A stretch of 64,000 nt of DNA from the NCBI GenBank assembly GCA_047495785.1, contig JBLDXI010000029.1:1240001-1304000 (forward strand), read 5' to 3'. Position numbers and translations under genes: made by a program. The notes under the pieces were generated by a model. It was not told where the DNA came from. It saw only the letters and a program-made list of their open reading frames with translations, and searched no databases. Positions 10,546 to 21,905 of the stretch are shown one piece after another. Source of the stretch: Lepidodermella squamata. Its lineage: Eukaryota; Animalia; Gastrotricha. Position 1 is the first letter of the stretch; each line of letters starts with the position of its first letter.

Positions 10546-10896
10546 ATGAGGACTCCTGTTGCCCAGGGTATTCGGTTTAAACTCAAACCAGTTCCTACCA
10601 GTTTACACCGGTGCCGGTATAAACCGGTTTTTTTCAAGTTCAATAAAAACCGCGGTTTTAAGTAAACAGACAAATCCGACGGTTAGATAGTAAGACATCA
10701 CCAGGAATGTGTCGTCCTAGCTGAAAGTGTTGTCGCAAAGATCAACTACAAGATCAGGAGTTGCTTTGATTATGATAATCAGCCTTGATTCTAAGCGTGA
10801 ATGATCATTTGCCAAGTAAGATTCGGCCAAATTCGAACAAAATCAATCATTCACTGTAAAATCGATAATCGATAATCGATAACCGATACTCCCAGT

Positions 10897-13340
10897 CGTC
10901 GGTGTAGCGGTTTAAAGTGCCAAGTGCCTTTTTCAAAATTTTCCAGGAGACGAAAAAAACATGTTTTCTCAAAATTGGCCCGATAGTTTTTTGATACCTT
11001 TGAGTTATAAGGGTTATTTTACTCGCTGAACACGATGGCGGTGTTTTTTTTCCTCAACAAATACCTGCAACTGGGTCATCCTATGGACTTGGCACTTTTA
11101 TTCAAAATAACAATGTCATTTCACAAAAGTATAATCATCCAAAATTTATGTAAAATGTCATGAAATCAGCAGGATTTCGCCCTGTAGCGCGTTATTTTCA
11201 GAGGCTCAGCCATTGAGACTATTTTCGCGGCCTTAACGGACGCTCATTGCTCGAAGAAGTGGCCTTTTTCGAAGGCTGAGTGTCAGTTGCTCTGTTTCAA
11301 GTTCGAAGAGATATGGCTTCTTCTGGGATAGTCGACTCATTTTCAACCGCCTTATGTCGCTTGGCGGACGGAACTTTCGATTTTTGTTCACGAATCGGTC
11401 CTGATATTCCACGGCGAAAAAAACTGAATAAGGGTTTTCCCGTTCGACCCGAATCCGGCGAGACTTGGCGAAAAAGCCATCCAGTAATCGCGAGCGCTCA
11501 CCAACACCGTAAGCTTCAGCCAACGTCTTCACATCAAACCAAGCATCAAATTTCAATTCGAGGAATTCATAGCGACCGGATGATCCGGCAATTTCCATGA
11601 ACTGAGTTGTGTTAAAAATCTCCTTCTTGTCGATGGCATCATGGCCGATGGCGCTGTGGACAGAGTCGCCCTCATTTTGGGTGTGACCGACCTCGAAATA
11701 ATTCATCTGAATACTCTTCATTGTAGACTCCCGTATGATCTTGAGCATTACTGCAATCATCTGCCGGTTTTTGTTTTGCGAGCCACAATTATCGGCCCAG
11801 GAGTTGAAGTGTTCGCAACCTCTGCTGACAGCATCGATCAGGACATTGTAAAACAACGACGAAAGTTCATTGGAACCTATTCCGCCATTCGATTCGTCCC
11901 AAATAAAATTTACCGGTTTTCGTTCCAGCCCATAATAATAAAATGTCTCAGTATGAATAGACAGCTTCCGGCTAAATACCAGATCTTTAACTGGACTTTG
12001 AGGAATAAGAACAACCTTCATGTCGAAAACGATAACCAGGTGCTTCGAATCAGTAGAGGCTTTCTGTAGATCTTTGGTAAGGCGACCAATGTCACAGCGG
12101 CGAAGGTGGGCATTTTGAGCTTCTTCTTCTTCGGCGGAGACAGGGCGATGTTTTAATTGGTAGGAGTAGCATTCTCCACATCTGTCTTTGATCGGCTTGT
12201 GAATCGCCAAGTTTAAAGAGTGAAAAACTTCGTGAAACAAAGGGTAAGAGGGCGGCTTCGTTTCCATTTCATCATCATCGCTATCTGCTGACCAATCAGC
12301 CTCGAGATGCTGCAGAACTAATTGCCGATGAAATTCGTTAAGTAAACCTTGAATAGTCCAACTGGCTTCGAGGTAAAGTTTGTTCGAATTTGCTCGGCAG
12401 TAATGCGACTCTACAGCTGGGAGGGTAAGAAGAAATTTCTTAATTGAGTCTCGCAGCTCACGGCTCTTCAAACTTCGGCTTGTAGATCGCAAATCAGAGT
12501 GGCTAACAGGATCGCTGAAAGCTCGTTCAACTACCGATTTGCTGATACCAAAGGTTCCAAGGTAGCAAGTTCGACAGCATTGCTTATTCCGAATAAAAAA
12601 ATGGCTGCTAAACTGCTTGGGAGCACGGATGTCATCACTTTTTCGCTGATCGACAGGATATCTTTCAACTGTATTGCGGATAAAGGCCCATCTCTGTTCA
12701 TCCGACATCGATGCAACCTCTTCCCTAACAACTTTTCGCAGTTCCAGATTCTTTAAACAATCAATTTTACAGGTAGTAAAGGGCTGAGCAACATCGATTT
12801 TTCCAGAGTAATTCGCTTTTCGAGCCGCCCCTTTCACGCGTTTCTTCTCTTGAATCGCCAAATAATGTTGATGAGAAAGTGATTTGATCTCGTCATCGAA
12901 CAACTCGTCCAGAAAAAGTTCCGATTCAACTTTAATTTCAACTTTATCGACCAATTTCGAAAGTACACCGCAGGCCTCGCTCGAAACAACCAACATGCCG
13001 AAAATTCAATTCCTCGAAAATAGAGCGTATTATAGAGCACAAATTGCGAATGAGGGTTAATCTTATTTTTCCTTCACCATTTGTCACTTGTATTGTGGCT
13101 TATTTCATTGTTGCGTTACGTTGCTGTATTTTTCAAAAGTGCCAAGTCCACACACTTGAACATTTAGTGCTGATAAAAAATAGAAAAGCACATGGCATAT
13201 TTCATAATTTTCAAATTATTTTGCGAATTCAAAAAATCGGCAAAAGCCATTTGATCCCCCATATTAATATTAGTAAGAATCTATAATAAAACGTGTTTTG
13301 AAAAAAACGCTACTTGGCACGTTAAACCGCTACACCGACG
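10897..13340 (-). mobile_element. Sola-type DNA transposon, apparently full length
   Basis: 29-bp TIRs CGTCGGTGTAGCGGTTTAA(A/C)GTGCCAAGT, perfect 4-bp TSD CAGT (10893-10896, 13341-13344), internal transposase. Confidence 0.85.
11233..12996 (-). CDS. DDD transposase (Sola1-like), 587 aa
   Basis: ESHYCR..LYL, KDRCGEC, VFDMK, WADNCGSQNKN, GHTQNEGDSVH motifs; lies between TIRs. Confidence 0.8.
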   Translation of the reverse strand: MLVVSSEACGVLSKLVDKVEIKVESELFLDELFDDEIKSLSHQHYLAIQEKKRVKGAARKANYSGKIDVAQPFTTCKIDCLKNLELRKVVREEVASMSDEQRWAFIRNTVERYPVDQRKSDDIRAPKQFSSHFFIRNKQCCRTCYLGTFGISKSVVERAFSDPVSHSDLRSTSRSLKSRELRDSIKKFLLTLPAVESHYCRANSNKLYLEASWTIQGLLNEFHRQLVLQHLEADWSADSDDDEMETKPPSYPLFHEVFHSLNLAIHKPIKDRCGECYSYQLKHRPVSAEEEEAQNAHLRRCDIGRLTKDLQKASTDSKHLVIVFDMKVVLIPQSPVKDLVFSRKLSIHTETFYYYGLERKPVNFIWDESNGGIGSNELSSLFYNVLIDAVSRGCEHFNSWADNCGSQNKNRQMIAVMLKIIRESTMKSIQMNYFEVGHTQNEGDSVHSAIGHDAIDKKEIFNTTQFMEIAGSSGRYEFLELKFDAWFDVKTLAEAYGVGERSRLLDGFFAKSRRIRVERENPYSVFFAVEYQDRFVNKNRKFRPPSDIRRLKMSRLSQKKPYLFELETEQLTLSLRKRPLLRAMSVR

Positions 13341-14369
13341 CAGTGTAAAAACAGATGCGCTCAGCGTGTTCAGCGCCTCAGAACCCTTAGAACTCAAATA
13401 TCTCCAAATTATTCGCAAAACTAACGAAAATATCGCAAAATCAAAATTCACTTCCAGTTTTTTAATTGTTGAGCGGAAAATTGTAAAAAAATTTTTTTTC
13501 AAAGGAATCGGCAAAACCGCGTCTTCTGATCGCAAAATCCCCCTTAGAATTCCCCTGCAAGGTAAAGTTTGCACGGGGAGCTCTATCCCGTTTTCAGAAT
13601 TTTCATAGCTATCACACATCTGGAGATAATTAGCTGTTTTTTAATTTTATTTGCTTTATTGCGTTTGATCGAATTTTTATGAAAATAGTCGAGTAACACA
13701 TCAAACTATGCAGTTTTTGCGTAACGTGGTGCACTCAAAATTCAATAGGAACTAAGGCATTTGAGTTGTTCGACTCTCCTTTGGTCAGATCCTCTGATTA
13801 TTGAAATTCATTAAAAACCGGTGTTTATTACCGGTATAAATCGGTTTAAACTGGTGGGCGGTTTTTTCAGAATAAAAACCGGTCGGTATAATACCCTGCT
13901 GTTGCCCCATGGGTTATTTTGGTTATTTACAGAAGAAAAACTAATTTTTCCCTCGAAATCAGGATGAAAATGCCCAACCACTTATCCGCCTGTCGATTCC
14001 GCCCGCACACGCGTTTGAGGTGGATCTTTTATTTTTAATTTCTGTTGAAATCCAAATTAGAGAATTTTTGGACGAGCCAGACTCCATGAAGGGATTGGAC
14101 TAGCAAAGCATGTAAAGTCTTCGGCTGATCGGGCTGCCACTGACGGGGCAAAAAAATTCAAGCTGATGCATACTTTCTAGAACAAGAATGATTTTTTTCA
14201 TGAGCAGCACTTTCTTGGCTTCGGTTTTGTTTACGAATGGCGTCATACGAATGGGGGTGTGTTTTGAGATAAATTGAGTTAAGTAGCCACCCGAAATCAC
14301 TTGTCACTTGCGTTGATTATGCCTTATTTTTTAAAGTGATGTTGACAAGTGATTTACAGGTCACGCGAC

Positions 14370-15263
14370 TAGATATGCCGCGGTTGAAATAATAACCGGA
14401 TAACCGCGGTTAACCGCCGGTTCGGTTAGCTTCCCTCGTAACCGCGGTTTTAATCGAAATAACCGCATGCAATAGATTGATCAGAAATTAGAGGATTGAT
14501 TGTCCCAATCATCTCATTTTGACTTACTTATTACTTCCAAGCATAACATATTTAATTTGCATTCAGAGTGGAACCTTTCCTATTACTTCTGGCTCAATGA
14601 ACCATCCTGTGCATCACATTTCAGGGTAAGGATAGGGGTAAGGACTTGATTCGACGATAAACTCGAAGTGAGGGATAGGTAATTCTAGTCCCAGAACTGA
14701 TAGCGAATTTGGAATCAGCGCAAAAAATTGGCCAGGGGTGACGCGTTGCGATCTTTTATTATATAAAAAAATTTATTACCTATAATTGCACCAATTAGGC
14801 TAATTGCTATCTTCTAAAAGGAACCAGATATCAACAAATTTTCCTCTGCAAACAGTTTCCTCGTCCCAAAATTACTTCTTCGGGGTTTTAGGAGGGAAAT
14901 CCGTGAAATGGACGCTCCTGAAGCAATCATTTTTAGTTTTTTTTCATAATTTCGGCAATTGATATGGGTAAACGGGAAGTGGCAGAGCCGAAAACCGGAA
15001 GTAGCATTTGAACTATAAATATGCTAACGAGGGTTTAAATGGGCCCAGGATGTAATGTAGTAAGTAGATTTCGAATTTCACATGATTTCTACCATCAGAT
15101 TTTCGGAAGTCGGTGATAATGGATGAGTTTGGATCGCTGATACAAAAAATAGCTCAAGTCCCCGGTTAACCGCTGGTAAATCGCGGCTTCAACCGGGTTA
15201 ACCGTGGATTTTCGTCAACCGAACCGCCGGTTCCTCTGGCTAACTTTAACCGCGGCATCTCTA
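14370..15263. mobile_element. hAT-type MITE
   Basis: TIRs TAGATATGCCGCGGTT...AACCGCGGCATCTCTA, perfect 8-bp TSD CACGCGAC (14362-14369, 15264-15271). Confidence 0.88.
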
Positions 15264-15655
15264 CACGCGACCAAGAAAACGAAAACTCTTGATGAATCAT
15301 TACGACACACATAGCGTGTCAGATATATCTTTTTTATTTATCTATGAGCTGAGTCGAATTGTTTTTCTGTTTAAAGCAAAAAAATAAGATCGCGTGCCCA
15401 TATTTTTTATTATCATTAATAGTTGCTCTTTCGTCATTCTGCTCTCTCAGCTGTCATCTCGTTTGCTCAATCACATTACTCTTATTTCGCTTGCTGTTTT
15501 CGCACACAGCTGCTAGAACTGTATGAATAGATTTGGTTGCGAAACACGTTCAACTTCGAGCTCCAGGCCTGGGGCGGAGTATATAATCCCTGCGACAAAA
15601 TTCATGCAACATTCGAACACTTTCTGGTATTTTTCTCTTTGTTATCACTAAAAAC

Positions 15656-16076
15656 ATGCAGCGCTCAGCAATGTATTTTTGCCTTCTTGTTCTCGCGCTT
15701 TTATTGATCGATCACCAGGCTGCAGGTAAGCATTTGTTTCCGAAATTTAAGTGATATCACTTAATAAGACTGGACTGCAGGACAAGTTGACACGAAGAAT
15801 CTGATATTTCAAGTTATTGAGCTGCAAAGTTATGGCCGCAGGCAGATCGTGGAAATTCTAAATGCCTTAGAGATAAATTGGAGTTGGTGGTTCATGATTT
15901 CGCCACTAGCACGAGTGCTTATAGCTCAAGCGAATAAGCCCCATTTTTTAGGTAACCACCGGCGCCTGCACTCTCATCGACCAGGCCGCACGGCCATGCT
16001 TATTCCTTCTAAGAATCTGAAAAAGGCTCCAGTCCTGTGTGTCGAGTATGTCGCTTTCAATCTATCAGTCTATTAA
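15656..16076 (+). CDS. Peptide-collagen minigene copy 3, collagen-deleted (exons 15656-15725, 15781-16076); possibly a pseudogene
   Basis: Signal peptide, intact intron and [24 protein letters not shown], then a jump into 3' flank sequence at ~15855; frame stays open to 16076. Confidence 0.55.
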
Positions 16077-16779
16077 ATAAAACACACATTTCTCTATCTC
16101 TCTCTAATGGAGGAACATTTAAAAACGTCTGCCGTCTGCCTTTTATTCACAGTAAATTACCCTTAATTAAAATTGTGATGATTCACGTTTCATAGTTTCT
16201 CCCAGTTGCTCAACAAATGCAAAAAGCCGATAATTCTTTTTAAAAACCGTTTATTGCTAGACTGCAGAGCTGACCTGGTTTCGATTGCTTTCTGGCCTCA
16301 CCAATTTTTCTTAATGAGATATTTTTGACATCGATTCGACTTCACTGTGAACACAGCAGTAGAATCACCGCTGACAGTACGTCCTCTGTGATCCCCAGAT
16401 CCCCTCAAGGACCTACTTTGCCGATGTCGTCACTTGTGTTGAATCGTACTGAAAGCGGACGTCGAATCTTGCCCTTCTGGAGCTAGATGGAACTAAAGTT
16501 GTGGGTTGTGGCACTCAAGAATAATTGCGATAGTATTTGAACATTTACGTGTTAGTCACATTTGCTTATTCGGTAAAAATAGAGCGCATACGTAGCGTAA
16601 GGTTTTTTACCAAACGTGAGCGGGTTCCCCGTCATCAAAAACTACCAGGGCTGGAAAAAGTATCAAACCTTCCGGTATCGAAACTCGATAATTTTCGCTA
16701 ATTTTGGCTGAAAAGCACAGCTGTCAAGTTCTGCGAGTTCTGCGCGTAGGCCTGCAGCAACGTGCCATCCACACTTGGG

Positions 16780-18170
16780 GCTTGGGGCGGACAACAGATC
16801 GGCCGTGTACAGAAGCGGTGACAACGGGGAACCTTGCGGCACCCCGCAACTGACGACGACTCGACGACACAGCGAGCCCGGCATGTTAGCTTGCAGACGA
16901 CGGTCCGATACTGATACCTCTCTCAACAGCAAAAACGCTGGCAATTTCAAAATGAAAAACAACGTTATTCGCCTTTTAAAACTGGTAAAATTGTTCGATA
17001 ACGAGACTGGTGGAAGCGCCAACGGCCGTCGGGTTACCGCGAGTCTTGTGAAAAAAGTTACCTGAGATGAATTGCCCATGCCTGCTTCGACGCTAGGAAT
17101 TTGCGTGTCTTTTCTCGAGCGCGGCGAAAAATCCGTGCGTATATGCGCATTATGCGGATATGCATACAGTGAGTGGTGATAACGGGGAACCTTGCGGCAC
17201 CCCGCAATTGCCGACGACTTGAAAACTCAGCGAGCCCGCCCCGTGAGCTTGAAGACGATAGTCGGCCAACCAGGCGAAATATCGCGGGAGAGGCCAACTT
17301 ATGGATCAGCCCGGCGTGCCACACCGAATCGTAGGCCGCCTCCACTCGACGCCAGGAGTTTGGTATGGTTCTGAGATAGTTTCGGAGATAGTCGGCCAAC
17401 CAACTTACCAAATTTCGCGGAGGCAACTGGGCCTACTTATGAATCAGTCCGGCGTGCCATACCGAATCGTAGGCTGCCTGAACATCCACGCTGGCCACGA
17501 CAGTCTTCTTGCGCAAGCAATGGTTGATGTGCACGCTGAGAACGATGCGAAGAGGGACATCGGGCGCGGAGTGGTGTGGCCGGAGGGCAAATTTATTCTC
17601 TGGAAGAAGGTGTTGACTTTCCAGGAACTGGGTCATCCACCGATCGACTCCAGGTGTTTGGCGTCAGTCGGCAGCAGGTAGATGGGACGCTGCGACGAGA
17701 AATGGTTCGGCGGCTTTCCGGCCTTCGTGATAGGCCCAACGACCGCTTCTATCCATTCCTGAGGCACGTAACGACTGCCCAGAGACCTGCTGAACAGCCG
17801 ACGAAGGTGGGTTTGCAGGAGAGAAATGGATAGAATACTTCAGAATACCCACTTTAGATGTTTTGAATACCATCCAAGCCGGGGGCCTTGACTGACAGAA
17901 TACTCGCTGAGAGCGGGCATCACCCTCGACTTGTTGCCACCACTGGCGAGTGGCAGCGTCCGCATCGGGGTCGACGTAGGGCGAGATCGGTTTGACGGAA
18001 TGATCGAGCAGGGCAACAGCAGGTGAGGAGGGGACTGTCAGCATTCTCCGAGCGTAACTGCTGGATAAGCTGCATGACTAGAGCAACTTGATAGACCGTC
18101 AGATCGGCGACCCGCAGTTGCTTAGCTTTTTCTTCGACAGTCATTCCAAATGGCTTCTTCGCGGCCGTAG
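16780..18170 (-). mobile_element. Decayed jockey/I-like reverse transcriptase with internal duplications
   Basis: AAYDSVWHAGLIHK occurs twice (~17435-17480, ~17298-17345) and CGVPQGSPL twice (~17180-17205, ~16820-16850); multiple frameshifts. Confidence 0.85.
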
Positions 18171-18229
18171 CGATATCACAGTAACTTCTTCAAAGCTGTT
18201 GCTCGATGGGAAGCGCCCTCGAGTAAATA

Positions 18230-18734
18230 CAGTGACAGTCAAGAGATCCGCACGGTGGAATTGAGGCGATGCTAGGTGAAATTTTTCGCACGTGCGAAAT
18301 GAGGCTCAGCAAAACGGACCAAAATGACGCCTTTTTCACGATCTCCAAAAATAGCTCCAAGAAAATGGGGCTAGTTTCAATAATATGAATATATTCATGA
18401 GATGTCATGAAACTAGGATATTCTTAGTTAAGAGCCAAAAATTGCAGAAAAATGTGAGCACTTAGAGTAAGGTTATAACAAATCAAAAATAATTTTTCCA
18501 TAATTTTTCTGACATAATTATCAACTTTGAGGGCTTCGGAATATTAATTAGCACCTTATGAATATTCATATTTTTAAAACTATTAAAAACCTCTTGGTGT
18601 GTCCGAGTTACACTTTTTGTTTTTAGCTGAGTTTAACCTAAGCTTGGAGCTAAAAATAGTTCGGGCGCGTGTGTTTCAACCTTTAGTTTCAACTCAACAA
18701 ATTCCTGACCGTGCGTAACTTCTGATTTTCACTG
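18230..18734. mobile_element. Probable Tc1/mariner-type MITE
   Basis: TA|CAGTGA..CGCACGG and CCGTGCG..TCACTG|TA imperfect TIRs with TA flanks. Confidence 0.55.
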
Positions 18735-19565
18735 TACAATCAATTAAAAACCTAAGAAAATGTAATATTCAATCGCAGATATGCCAGTGTTACCAGTTGC
18801 CAGCTGATATCGCCTGATATTGAATCACGCAAATTTTCAAATACTAGCACATCCACGATTTCTAGCTTGAATTGAAGCCCACCTGAGAAACGATACATTG
18901 ACTTTCAAGCCCAACTGTCAAAGGCCGCAGGCCGACAGTGGTAATTTAAGGCTTTTAGAAAGTTCAGCGTGTCTTTGAAAAATTCATTTCGCAGAATTGT
19001 TTCACATTTTAAGGTTTACTTTGGCAGGGTAACTTTTAAAAAGGTAGAATAGCTCCAGTCTTAACAATCCTCAACACGGAAAGAGATGTTTCGATATCAT
19101 GTGCTGAAATAGAACAGAAATTATACGGAAGGGAGAATAGCCCAGATGTCAATAGGAAAAAACATGTGACGAACATATTTTTATAATGGGCGGCATTTCA
19201 CAGACGTCCACTGACAATCATTCTTCCGTGTTTTTGTCGGAATTTCACCCTGTTCCTTCCTGCTCAGCAATCTATTCGTGCTATTCTCTTTTTCCTCTGT
19301 GATTTACGTCGCTCTCTGCCATCTCACTTGTTCTAGCACGTTCCTATCTTTTTACACCCGACAAACCTTAAGCTGCTGATAATTCAATCCTTATGCCTCC
19401 CCACTACAAAGTGCCCTTCGCGAACTGTCTCAGACAATCGCGCGTCGGCCCCTTTCATTGTTTTTTCTGTCTTAATTTTATTTTTATGCAAATAATGACA
19501 AATAAACAAGATTTTCGTTCGTTCGTCGAATCAATTTCCGAAATGTTCCGAATTCACATCCTAGA

Positions 19566-21905
19566 ATGTTTTCCTTGTTAATATTTACAATACTCCTTGC
19601 CACTTTGGTTGTCGATCAGACTCAATCTAGGAAGCCGTACCGCTTACGAACCCTTTACCACATCGCTGTGGCTCTGAACGCTGGGGATAATAAGAACAAC
19701 TGTCGATGGGCCTTCCAAACCGCTTATGAATTCGCGAACAACCGCTCCGATATTCTGCCCGACTATCACCTCGAAGTCGAGTTCCGCGAAGAAGGTCCTC
19801 AAAGCATGCTAGTAACTGCAACTAGCATAAATTTCATGCGGTCGATGTTGGACTCGAAAGAGCCAGGGCTATACCCAGCCCCAGTAACAGTCGGTGTCTC
19901 GCAAACCCCAGGATGTAAGAGTTGGGGGAGTCTGGCGTCCCATATGAACATGGTAATGATAACTTCAACTTGCCTGTCACCGAGTCAGGCTGCCAGAAGA
20001 GATCTATATCCTAACCTATGGCGTATCAGGGCTTCGGCTCAGCTTGCGATAATGGCTCGACTAAGCTTCATCAAACAATTCACCCCTTGGAAGAAAATTG
20101 CTGTCGTATTCCCGGTCTCTGGGAGCTCTTTCGGATGGGAGGCAGCTAGTTTCACAGTATCGATGAATAACCAATTCGGCCTAGGGGTTCAGACGATAGA
20201 AGCGAGTTCCGACTTCAATGATGATTTCATGCAGTTGTTCATCAAAAAGGACATCCGAATAATTTCGTTTGAAAACATCGACCAAATCATTTTAGTTGCT
20301 TTCTTGTGTCAGGCCCACAAAAACGGGATACGGGGGGATAAATACCTGTTCCTGACATTTACAAATGCTTTCTTAGATCCCAACGTTGCTCCTAGCAATC
20401 TGTACCCGAAGAATTGCAACATCTCGGTCTACAAGGAGCAAATGGAACGAGTATTGTTTTTTGGTGCCATTCCTCAACTTCCTATTGCAAATGACGGCAC
20501 AAGCAAAGACTACCTAGGAAACACCATGTCTGAGTTGGATACTTTCCTCAGGTCGAACTATCCAGTCGACATGAAAATGGCGGATTATCCAACGCGATTC
20601 AACTGCTACGATGCCGCCTTGCATTCTGTCGTCACACTGGCGGAAGCAGAGAAGCTTTTAAACAGCCGGAACTCGACACTCAGGAACTTCAAGGAAGATC
20701 CACGGAATGTGATGCTCGCTGTCAATCAAAGTGTCGGAAACCTAAGGTTTAGGAATCAACAACACGGCTTCTTTCATTATTCAGCGCGGATGGAGATGGA
20801 CTATGAAGCTCAGTTGGTCGCAACATGGTCGCAGCAGACCGGACTTCTAATTAGGTACGCCATATCCTTAGACGGCAATGCGACAATGAGTAACGACACC
20901 TCATTGTTCAAAATACGGGTGATTGCGCCTTTCGCCCCGAACTTTCTACCCAGAGACGCAGCTATCGAAGAGCAAGTCGATGCCGGAGTTCCAATTTCAG
21001 CTTTTGGCTTCTTGACAGCAACGTCATGCATGATCTTAGTTTGCCAGATCAGTGGTATTGCCAACATCCTTTCGTGGGATAGAAATAGTTTCTGGAAAAA
21101 AACTGATGACATTCTTACAATGCTAAGCTTTCTGCTCTTATCAGGAGGTTCGATTCTTCTCACAACTCCAACCAAGGTGCGAAACACAGCTGTATGCGAG
21201 GCAAGCATATTCCTCGTAGCCATGGGCCTGTCAATTCTCTACGGCTATCTAGTATGCCGTTTGAGGTCTGCTTCTAACGTCTTGCAGCAAACTGCATCAC
21301 AGAAACGTCGCGCCCCCGATTCCGCAAAGAAAGAGATTTCTTTCGGAATCAGAGTACTCCTTTTCGTGCTTCTGAATTTTGCCATTGTCGTGTCTTGGTT
21401 AGCGTCTGATCCTTACCGCGCGGTGATTGCTAAACCGGAAAATTCCAGGTCCTACATTGCTGATATCGACACTTATGTTGAAGAGTATTCCATCTCCTGC
21501 TCGTCAAATTTTTCAGGCGAATGGTCGGCATCTCTTCTGGCATTGAATCTTGCCCTTCTTGGGATAGGTGTTGTTAATGTCGTAACACTCAAGGGAAATA
21601 GATACCTGCCGTACTTTCCGTTCGTGAAGCGTTTAGCTGTTACTATTGTTTTCTCTTCAACTTTATTTCTTGCCCTGACTGCTGTCGTCTTCATGCTTGA
21701 TACCGCTAGTGAACAAAACATTGCAATCGCCGTGGGATTGCAGATTCAGTCGGGTTTAGTCGCTATTTTGCTGTACGTCAAAGTTGGGAACGGAGCAGAT
21801 ACTGCAGGCGATGTAGCGCCACGACTACCGTCGACTCCAATGCTGATGAGCAAATTCGACGCAGGGAGTCGAAAGCCCCATCATGTCAAAATGAATACCC
21901 CGTGA
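19566..21905 (+). CDS. Class C GPCR, GABA-B-receptor-like, paralogue 2 (intronless, 779 aa)
   Basis: Collinear and highly similar to paralogue 1 over the full length; intact ORF. Confidence 0.9.
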   Translation: MFSLLIFTILLATLVVDQTQSRKPYRLRTLYHIAVALNAGDNKNNCRWAFQTAYEFANNRSDILPDYHLEVEFREEGPQSMLVTATSINFMRSMLDSKEPGLYPAPVTVGVSQTPGCKSWGSLASHMNMVMITSTCLSPSQAARRDLYPNLWRIRASAQLAIMARLSFIKQFTPWKKIAVVFPVSGSSFGWEAASFTVSMNNQFGLGVQTIEASSDFNDDFMQLFIKKDIRIISFENIDQIILVAFLCQAHKNGIRGDKYLFLTFTNAFLDPNVAPSNLYPKNCNISVYKEQMERVLFFGAIPQLPIANDGTSKDYLGNTMSELDTFLRSNYPVDMKMADYPTRFNCYDAALHSVVTLAEAEKLLNSRNSTLRNFKEDPRNVMLAVNQSVGNLRFRNQQHGFFHYSARMEMDYEAQLVATWSQQTGLLIRYAISLDGNATMSNDTSLFKIRVIAPFAPNFLPRDAAIEEQVDAGVPISAFGFLTATSCMILVCQISGIANILSWDRNSFWKKTDDILTMLSFLLLSGGSILLTTPTKVRNTAVCEASIFLVAMGLSILYGYLVCRLRSASNVLQQTASQKRRAPDSAKKEISFGIRVLLFVLLNFAIVVSWLASDPYRAVIAKPENSRSYIADIDTYVEEYSISCSSNFSGEWSASLLALNLALLGIGVVNVVTLKGNRYLPYFPFVKRLAVTIVFSSTLFLALTAVVFMLDTASEQNIAIAVGLQIQSGLVAILLYVKVGNGADTAGDVAPRLPSTPMLMSKFDAGSRKPHHVKMNTP

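Larger units (their letters stand above)
10564..13898. mobile_element. Non-autonomous hAT element hosting a nested transposon
   Basis: Termini CAGGGTATT...AATACCCTG, perfect 8-bp TSD CTGTTGCC (10556-10563, 13899-13906), subterminal AACCGG repeats. Confidence 0.85.
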
